This document shows, piece after piece, positions 54,382 through 64,000 of a stretch of DNA of 64,000 nt (position 1 is the first letter of the stretch; each line of letters begins with the position of its first letter). The stretch covers positions 28,419-92,418 of the forward strand of contig CAVZWS010000007.1 of assembly GCA_963779075.1 (NCBI GenBank), read 5' to 3'. This DNA comes from Bryobacterales bacterium (GTDB lineage Bacteria > Acidobacteriota > Terriglobia > Bryobacterales > Bryobacteraceae). The notes beneath the pieces were generated by a model that did not search any database, was not told the origin of the DNA, and was given only the letters and a program-made list of their open reading frames with translations. The position numbers and the translations under genes were made by a program.

Positions 54382-54766
54382 AGAGTTAGGCGTCTACGCA
54401 CAGTATCTCGCGCTCTCCCTTGTGTTTCTTATAAGCGTCGGTGTTCCAATTTGCGTGCGCCGCTGGAAAAGCCGGCGATCGAAAGATTGGCCAGTGGCGG
54501 TCGGAGTCTATGTTGACGGCAACGTAGTTTGTTCGCCGAGCACACAGTACCGCTATCCCAAGGTCAAAATAAATTTCTCTTACTCGGCATCCGACCGCCG
54601 ATTCGATGGGCACTATGAAGAGGGTTTCGACACATTCGACGAAGCAGTGCATATGCTGGAAAGCCTCAAGAACGGGCCGTTGTTCGTTCGCTATAATCCT
54701 CGCAATCCGGCGAAATACGTATTGGATCCGTATCGGGATGTCCGCGAATCACGCGACAACACTTAG
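54362..54766 (+). CDS. DUF3592-like small membrane protein (copy 2, tandem paralog)
   Basis: ATG 54362 lies inside the end of copy 1. Same architecture: DWPVAVGVYVDGNV...YPKVKINFSYSASDRRFDGHYEE...GPLFVRYNPRNPAKYVLDPY. Confidence 0.55.
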   Translation: MLRLDNRELGVYAQYLALSLVFLISVGVPICVRRWKSRRSKDWPVAVGVYVDGNVVCSPSTQYRYPKVKINFSYSASDRRFDGHYEEGFDTFDEAVHMLESLKNGPLFVRYNPRNPAKYVLDPYRDVRESRDNT

Positions 54767-54836
54767 GCCAGTGCCCCATAAACCGGATCACTGCTTCCGG
54801 TTGGGCTTCCCTGGTGTATAGTCAATGTAGATCCAT

Positions 54837-55085
54837 ATGCCAAACGATACGCAAGTCGCGAAATGGGGCAATAGCCTGGCGGTGAGGATTCCGCGGGCGA
54901 TTGTCAAAGACGCCGGCTTGGCGGAAGGCGATCGGTTGTCACTCGACCTAGCAGCCGATGGCACCATCGTGCTGCGCTCCAGTCGCCGGAAGTACTCGCT
55001 AGATGAGTTGGTCACGGGAATTTCGAAAAAGAATCGCCATCGCGAGACGGCTTGGGGAACGGCACAAGGTAAGGAAGTTTGGTAG
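54837..55085 (+). CDS. mazE: AbrB/SpoVT-fold antitoxin (MazE/PemI-like)
   Basis: AKWGNSLAVRIPRAIVKDAGLAEGDRLSL. The stop abuts the toxin ATG. Confidence 0.8.
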   Translation: MPNDTQVAKWGNSLAVRIPRAIVKDAGLAEGDRLSLDLAADGTIVLRSSRRKYSLDELVTGISKKNRHRETAWGTAQGKEVW

Positions 55086-55424
55086 ATGGCCGTTTTTGTG
55101 CCGGATACGGGTAACCTGGTATGGCTCACCTTCGATCCGCAGGCAGGACACGAGCAAGCGGGTCGGCGTCCCGCGCTGGTACTGAGTCCGCGATCCTACA
55201 ACCAGAAGGCCGGACTGGCGCTGGTTTGTCCAGTCACGAATCAAGTCAAAGGGTACCCTTTCGAAGTCCCGCTTCCGCCGGGCTGTGGCGTGAGCGGAGC
55301 GATCCTCGCGGATCACTTGAAGAGTCTCGATTGGAGTGCTCGGCGCGTAGCCAAAATCGGCCGTATTCCGCCTTCAGCACTCGATGAGGTTCTCGCCAGG
55401 CTCGCTCCGCTGCTGGGGTATTGA
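55086..55424 (+). CDS. mazF: MazF/PemK family endoribonuclease toxin
   Basis: GNLVWLTFDPQAGHEQAGRRPALVLSPRSYNQKAGLALVCPVTNQVKGYPFEV. Confidence 0.85.
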   Translation: MAVFVPDTGNLVWLTFDPQAGHEQAGRRPALVLSPRSYNQKAGLALVCPVTNQVKGYPFEVPLPPGCGVSGAILADHLKSLDWSARRVAKIGRIPPSALDEVLARLAPLLGY

Positions 55425-55428
55425 ACTC

Positions 55429-56004
55429 TTACTCGGCCAGCAATCGGTCCAGTAGGTCGTCAACCTTGAGGTAAGGGGCCCATTGACGCAAGTAGGCAAG
55501 ATCCAAGCGCGGGCCGCTGACCTTGAGAACGCCGCGGAGATCGTTCCACTGGCGCTCGGAGGTTTCGCCACCGGCCCGGTACCATTCCAATTTGCGGAGG
55601 ATCGTGTCCTCAGCGGTCGCGATGGCGCATTCGAGCGGCTCGGGGCCGAAGGATAGGCACTGTTCAAAGCGCCGCCGGGCGAAGGAAATCCGGCTGTACT
55701 CGTCGTTGCGGAGCGGGAAAACATCGACCTTGAATGAGGTTTGATAGTGAATCACATTGAAGGAACGCCCGCAACTTAAGGCGTCGCGGATCGTTGCAAC
55801 ATCCGCATAGAAGTCTGGGTGCAGCAAGGTGGCAAATTCATCCGCCTGCTCCGGGCGAAGATCGGCAACAATATCTAAATCCAAAGTCGGCCGGGAGATC
55901 CCATGAACGGAACTGGCGACGGACCCACCTGCGAGATACGGAATCTCCATGCGGTCCAATACACCTAGAACTCGCCCAACGGCGTCAGCCGGGCTGGCGG
56001 TCAT
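55429..56004 (-). CDS. minimal nucleotidyltransferase (Pol-beta fold)-like protein
   Basis: A G[GS]-x(9-13)-D-x-D signature is present in YLAGGSVASSVHGISRPTLDLDIV. 191 aa. Confidence 0.5.
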   Translation of the reverse strand: MTASPADAVGRVLGVLDRMEIPYLAGGSVASSVHGISRPTLDLDIVADLRPEQADEFATLLHPDFYADVATIRDALSCGRSFNVIHYQTSFKVDVFPLRNDEYSRISFARRRFEQCLSFGPEPLECAIATAEDTILRKLEWYRAGGETSERQWNDLRGVLKVSGPRLDLAYLRQWAPYLKVDDLLDRLLAE

Positions 56005-56272
56005 TTTCGGGATCCCAACCGTAGGCGCGAATCATCAGTTCTCTGGGGAGATGGCGCGCGGCCACCCGCAATAATATCTCGTGGTCGCTGGCGTCCGGAT
56101 GCGTCCTGCGAACGCCCATTTCGTACAGTTGTAGAACGAATTGAGCGCCGCCCAGGACGACTGCCAATTTTTCCCCGGCGGGCATTTTCCGCAACAACTC
56201 CAGCCACACCTCCATGGCGCGCGGATCGGTGTCGGTGAACTCTTCCGGGTGCATCATAATTGTTTCGCGCAC
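55985..56272 (-). CDS. small hypothetical protein, partner of the nucleotidyltransferase-like gene
   Basis: 95 aa. Its 3' end overlaps the downstream gene by 20 nt. No family recognised. Confidence 0.45.
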   Translation of the reverse strand: MRETIMMHPEEFTDTDPRAMEVWLELLRKMPAGEKLAVVLGGAQFVLQLYEMGVRRTHPDASDHEILLRVAARHLPRELMIRAYGWDPENDRQPG

Positions 56273-56336
56273 AACGCTTCGCCGTGCGACTCGTCCTACT
56301 CGTGGAGTTTAGCAGGAGCGCGTTAGAATAGGCGCT

Positions 56337-56892
56337 ATGAACTATTACGGAGCTAAAGACCTTGCCGCCGCGTTCCGCACGGTGCGCAAGAACACGCTGA
56401 TTGTGGCGGAAGAGATCCCGGAAGATAAGTACGGTTATCGCCCTGCTGAGGGCACCAGGACGGTGGGTGAGCTGCTTACCCACATTGCGCACGGCTGGAA
56501 ATTCCACGAGAAGGTCATCCTGGTAGAGAAACGCACCACGATGGAGGGCTTCGATTTCATGGCGTTCCTGAGTCCCCTGCTGGCCGAACAAGCCAAGCCG
56601 CGCACCAAGGCCGAGATCATTACCTTGCTCAAGGACGAGGGCGAGAAGTACGCCAAGGCCGTCGAGTCGCTGTCAGACGACTTCCTGGGTTATAGCGTCT
56701 CCATGCCGCCCGGGCGCCCCGCAGACCAGCCGCACTCGTTTCGACATGCTGATGAGCGTGAAGGAGCATGAGATGCATCATCGGGGCCAGCTCATGTTGA
56801 TCGAGCGCATGCTGGGCATCACGCCGCATCTTACTCGGGAACAACAAGCTCGCTTCGCCGCCATGCAGGCCGCCGCAGCGCAGAAGGCTTAG
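56337..56892 (+). pseudogene. DinB-family (DinB_2) metal-dependent protein, one frameshift
   Basis: GELLTHIAHGWKFH in ORF 56337..56771. After a shift near 56715 the text reads TSRTRFDMLMSVKEHEMHHRGQLMLIERMLG and ends at TAG 56890-56892. Confidence 0.7.
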
Positions 56893-56897
56893 TCGTT

Positions 56898-60627
<3,730 letters not shown>

Positions 60628-60823
60628 GAGGTTTTCTGTACAGCTTAAATTCGGCGGTTCTGCTTGATTTCGTTAGGAGATACGGCGAAAGGGAGATGTG
60701 CCAGGAGACCGGAGGAGCCTCGCGGGCCCTTTCGTTTCGGCTGCCCTGAAGCCCCTAGGCTGTGCAGGCTCACGAGACCACCGGCGAGCGGAGCATAATC
60801 TTAACTCGGTATGCTGAATTGAC

Positions 60824-61789
60824 ATGTTGGGACAAGGCGTGAAGCCACGAGTAGCGGTCGCGGGGGCAGGAGCCTTCGGCAAGAATCATCTGCGGGTCAT
60901 CCATCAGTCCGAACACGCCGAACTCGCCGGGGTTTATGATCTGGACCCGGCGCGGGCCGCGGCGGTCGCGGAGCCGCACGGGTGCCGCGTGTTCCGAAGT
61001 CTGGATGAGTTGGCGCAGAACGCCGACGCAGCGATCGTCGCGTCGCCCACCGTCACGCACTCCGAAGTGGGGTGCAGACTCATGGAGGCGGGCCTCGACG
61101 TGATGGTGGAAAAACCCATCGCGCATTCGCTCGAAGCCGCGCGCGCTCTGGTGGACAACGCCACGCGCCATAAGCGCATTCTGCAAATCGGGCATCTGGA
61201 GCGCTTCAATCCCGCCATCATCGCGCTCGCGGCGGCCATCGGCAAGCCGCTGTTTTTCGAGATTCACCGCTTGAGCGAATTCAGCCCGCGCTGTCTCGAC
61301 GTGGACGTCGTGCTCGACCTGATGATTCACGATGTCGACATCATTCTGGCGCTCACCGGGGAGCGGCCCCAGGAAATCCGCGCCGCCGGCATTCGCATTC
61401 TCTCCGAGAAGGTGGACATCGCCAACGTGCGCATTCAGTTCCCGAGCGGCTGCGTTGCGAACCTCACGGCCAGCCGTGTCTCGACGGAGCGCGTCCGCAA
61501 GCTCCGCCTGTTCCAGCCGCACGAATATATTTCGCTCGACTACGGCCGTCAGGACGCGGTACGCTACCGGGTAAAGCCGCCCATGGCCATCGACTTCGCG
61601 CCTCTGGCGGTAACCAAGGACGAACCACTGCGTCTTGAACTTGAGGGGTTTTTCGAGAGCATCATCACCCGCCAGCCTCCTCGAGTGACCGGGGCCCAGG
61701 GCTTGGCCGCGCTGGAGGTGGCTTTCGAGATCCTTGATAAAATTGAGGAGCATTACCGCCTGGTGGAAAAAACGCTAGGAAGCACGTGA
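60824..61789 (+). CDS. Gfo/Idh/MocA family oxidoreductase
   Basis: Rossmann motif VAVAGAGAFGKNH and EKP motif VMVEKPIA. 321 aa. Confidence 0.85.
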   Translation: MLGQGVKPRVAVAGAGAFGKNHLRVIHQSEHAELAGVYDLDPARAAAVAEPHGCRVFRSLDELAQNADAAIVASPTVTHSEVGCRLMEAGLDVMVEKPIAHSLEAARALVDNATRHKRILQIGHLERFNPAIIALAAAIGKPLFFEIHRLSEFSPRCLDVDVVLDLMIHDVDIILALTGERPQEIRAAGIRILSEKVDIANVRIQFPSGCVANLTASRVSTERVRKLRLFQPHEYISLDYGRQDAVRYRVKPPMAIDFAPLAVTKDEPLRLELEGFFESIITRQPPRVTGAQGLAALEVAFEILDKIEEHYRLVEKTLGST

Positions 61790-62865
61790 AAACCGACCGG
61801 CTCAACGATCTGCCGCGCGATCTAAATGATCTGGACGATCTGAATTTTCTGCGCGAGTGGCGGGAGCCTATCCCGCGCGCCAGAATCGCCGCCGCGGCAG
61901 TGGGAGCGGTCCTTTACCACCTGGCGGCGATCGCCGTGGTGGTCGCTGCCCTCAACGCTCCGCCGCCCGATTTTTCGGGGGATTTCCGACTCGACCTGCG
62001 CAGGGCGGTGGTGCTCTACACTCCACCCGATGTGATCCGCAAGCCGCCGATACAGAAGGAACTGACCCAGCGCGATCCCAATCGCGGTAAGATCACGCGC
62101 GACCTGGACGTCCGCAGCGCCGCGCCGCCCGCGCCCGTTCCCCAGGCTCCCCGCTTCCGCGCTCCTCTACCTGCTCCGCTTCCCACTCCGGCGATCCCCG
62201 CGCCGATTGAACCTCCCAAAATCGACGCCGACCTGGTTCCACCTCCGCCGCCAGCCTCGCCCGGAAACCTGCCGCAGGTCGCGCCTCCGCCCGCCGAAAA
62301 GCCCAAACTCGCATTTGAGCCCGTCGGAGCAGGCGGCGCCTCACCCCACCCGAATTCGAACCCGAACGTAAAGCTGCCGCAGATCGCCAATACCATTGCC
62401 GACGTGCTGCGGACGCCGGCTTCACCCGCCAATTCTCCGCCTGCCACCCCGGCTGGCGGAATCATGATCGGCGACATGGATGACGTGACGACTCTCGCCA
62501 GCCCCACCGCCCCTTCGCCCGGACCGGCACGCAGCAACCTCCAGCTCCTGAGCGATCCGGCAGGAGTGGACTTCAAGCCGTATCTGGTGCAGGTGCTGGC
62601 CGCCGTGCGCACCAACTGGCTCTCGGTGATTCCACAGAGTGCGCGCATGGGACGCCGAGGCCGCGTGCTGATCCAGTTCATCATCAACCGGCGCGGCGGC
62701 GTCCCCAAACTAGTCATCGCCGAATCGTCGGGAACAGCGGCATTCGACCGGGCGGCGGTAGCGGGCATCAGCGCTTCCTATCCCTTTCCACCGCTGCCCA
62801 ACACGTTTAAAGGCGATGAAATTCGCCTCCAGTTGGCATTTACCTACAATCCCCAGGGACGTTGA
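61786..62865 (+). CDS. TonB-family protein
   Basis: GTG start overlaps the previous stop. TM helix AAAVGAVLYHLAAIAVVVAAL and a long Pro-rich spacer. TonB C-terminal domain text GRVLIQFIINRRGGVPKLVIAESSGTAAFDRAAVAGI...PFPPLP. Confidence 0.75.
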   Translation: MKTDRLNDLPRDLNDLDDLNFLREWREPIPRARIAAAAVGAVLYHLAAIAVVVAALNAPPPDFSGDFRLDLRRAVVLYTPPDVIRKPPIQKELTQRDPNRGKITRDLDVRSAAPPAPVPQAPRFRAPLPAPLPTPAIPAPIEPPKIDADLVPPPPPASPGNLPQVAPPPAEKPKLAFEPVGAGGASPHPNSNPNVKLPQIANTIADVLRTPASPANSPPATPAGGIMIGDMDDVTTLASPTAPSPGPARSNLQLLSDPAGVDFKPYLVQVLAAVRTNWLSVIPQSARMGRRGRVLIQFIINRRGGVPKLVIAESSGTAAFDRAAVAGISASYPFPPLPNTFKGDEIRLQLAFTYNPQGR

Positions 62866-62924
62866 GATAAGTTCCGCGAGATAGCCTCTACACACGAGAT
62901 AATCCCCAAAGAGATAATCCCGAT

Positions 62925-63083
62925 ATGAACCGGCGCTTCCTCTACGCCATGTTGACCTACGCAGTGCTGGCGATTCTCGCGGTCTTCACCTTAGACGGAA
63001 TCATCCGGTTAGCGACATTAGTTCTTTTGGGCGGATTCGCTTTGAAAACCTATCTGGCCGTACTTAAAGATCGCATCGGCTAA
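62925..63083 (+). CDS. possible 52-aa two-TM membrane peptide
   Basis: Not in the ORF track because it is under 60 aa. Sequence MNRRFLYAMLTYAVLAILAVFTLDGIIRLATLVLLGGFALKTYLAVLKDRIG. Support is only the open frame and hydrophobicity. Confidence 0.3.
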   Translation: MNRRFLYAMLTYAVLAILAVFTLDGIIRLATLVLLGGFALKTYLAVLKDRIG

Positions 63084-63392
63084 GCGTGAGACATATCCCT
63101 GCGTCGGATCATTATTAGGCCTCATATAGGGTGATCGATCTAGGTACTAACTTACCCCTTCCCATTAAGCTGCTAAAAGCCGGAGGAATTGAAGAGCAAC
63201 CGATCCCAGATCGGAGGCTCACGTTCCGGTTTGGGAGGGAAACGTGGAAAACCGGTTTCAAAACGGTACGCGGGCAGGTTTGGAGCGCAAATCGCCAGAC
63301 CGAATCGATCCGAAAGGCAACGGTGCCATTCCATCTAATTATCAGCGCATTAGACAGCCTCATCTTGGCCTGAGCCCGGGATTTCCCCGGCC

Positions 63393-63414
63393 CTCTAGGC
63401 CGGTTGGCCTAGAG
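63393..63414 (+). promoter_or_regulatory. strong hairpin in the leader of the sigma-factor gene
   Basis: CTCTAGGCC-ggtt-GGCCTAGAG (9-bp stem) lies 33 nt upstream of ATG 63447. Confidence 0.25.
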
Positions 63415-63446
63415 CGTGCCCTTCATGGGGAGTCGGAAAAACAATC

Positions 63447-64000
63447 ATGAGACTAAAAACTGCCGCCGCCACCGCTCCCGCACTTCAACATCAGACCCGT
63501 CCCGTTCAGACTCGCCTGCGGGCCATCCCCGCTAAGGGCGCCGAGTCGAGCAGCGCTTCCCCGAAGCCGATGGCGACGAGCGCCTCACTGCGTGGCCGTG
63601 CGGTCTCCAAGGTCCGCCTCAGCGCTTCGCTTCTGAGTGCCGTGCCGCGGAAAACCGTACAGCCAGGTTCAGCCCAACCGGGTTCCGCCCAACCTAGAGC
63701 CGCCCAGCCGAAAATTGCCCGGCAGAACACAGCCAAACTGAACGTGTCCCGACTAAACGCGGCCCAACAGAACGCCAAGCTGGCCCGGCGCGATCGCGTG
63801 GTCTTGGAGCATTTGCCGCTGGTCAAAGCCATCGCGATTCGCGTGCATGAGAATCTGCCGGTGCACGTGGATGTGGATGATCTGGTGCACTCCGGCGTCC
63901 TCGGTCTCTTCGACGCGGCCAGCAAGTACAACCCCGACAAACAAGTTGCGTTTTCGAGCTATGCCAAGCACCGCATCAAGGGCGCCATCCTCGACAGCCT
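63447..64000 (+). CDS. sigma-28 (FliA/WhiG)-like RNA polymerase sigma factor, 5' part (runs off the window)
   Basis: The frame is open from ATG 63447 to the window end. Region 2 text HLPLVKAIAIRVHENLPVHVDVDDLVHSGVLGLFDAASKYNPDKQVAFSSYAKHRIKGAILDS. It is preceded by a low-complexity extension of about 110 aa. The ORF track lists only antisense ORFs here. Confidence 0.75.
   Translation, partial: MRLKTAAATAPALQHQTRPVQTRLRAIPAKGAESSSASPKPMATSASLRGRAVSKVRLSASLLSAVPRKTVQPGSAQPGSAQPRAAQPKIARQNTAKLNVSRLNAAQQNAKLARRDRVVLEHLPLVKAIAIRVHENLPVHVDVDDLVHSGVLGLFDAASKYNPDKQVAFSSYAKHRIKGAILDS

Noticed and set aside
55985-56272. The small partner of the nucleotidyltransferase-like gene as a HEPN domain (classical MNT-HEPN toxin-antitoxin)
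   Set aside because: It is only 95 aa and I see no convincing Rx4-6H motif. I left it as unknown.
60770-61753. 327-aa ORF on the minus strand
   Set aside because: It is antisense to the Gfo/Idh/MocA oxidoreductase gene, which has the Rossmann and EKP motifs. No recognisable features.
63084-63446. Assigning the structured leader to a known riboswitch or ncRNA class (c-di-GMP, cobalamin, 6S, SRP, tmRNA)
   Set aside because: I could not match any consensus core motif by eye. Only generic hairpins are visible, so a covariance-model scan is needed before naming it.
63506-63971. Two minus-strand ORFs (144 and 72 aa), the only ones offered by the ORF track at the window end
   Set aside because: The plus strand reads as a sigma-factor region 2 (DLVHSGVLGLFDAASKYNPDKQVAFSSYAKHRIKGAILD) and is open to the window end. 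The minus-strand ORFs are low-complexity shadows.

Overview
This is a high-GC (about 60%) bacterial chromosomal window. I infer it is from Acidobacteriota, based on a PadR regulator next to an 'ADOP'-type duplicated FtsX permease, a giant NHL-repeat protein, HEAT-repeat and TonB-like genes, and many signal-peptide orphan genes; this rests on gene content only and was not searched. Housekeeping genes are an ABC-F ATPase, amidase, phoH-ybeY-corC-era, purH, tRNA-Gln(CTG), folC, plsC, recA, a 1-Cys peroxiredoxin, coaX, birA and valS.

The main accessory feature is a roughly 13 kb, 14-gene minus-strand operon (45212 down to 32099). An ECF sigma factor, a zinc-finger anti-sigma factor and a secreted unknown protein come first. 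They are followed directly by a complete type II secretion machine: gspE, F, G, H, I, J, K, a PilM-PilN fusion in the GspL position, a GspM/PilO-like gene, a GspC/PilP-like gene, and a GspD secretin. The secretin carries a Gly/Tyr-rich insertion of about 100 aa and a Pro/Ala/Gln-rich N-terminal linker. Downstream on the same strand is a secreted orphan protein of about 745 aa with its own ribosome-binding site (RBS) and terminator, which I treat as a candidate cargo.

Other accessory content:
- a giant NHL-repeat protein of about 1,300 aa
- a mazEF module next to a minimal-nucleotidyltransferase gene pair
- tandem DUF3592-like paralogs
- a beta-propeller hybrid histidine kinase
- a partial sigma-28-like factor at the 3' edge

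Data-quality caveat: the as-given sequence contains dozens of single-base frame disruptions, reconstructed by eye. These include valS and purH, which are normally essential, so many genes appear in the ORF track as 2-10 fragments. The disruptions are very unevenly distributed. I report the reconstructed full-length loci as type 'pseudogene', meaning interrupted as assembled. I consider assembly indels the most likely cause.
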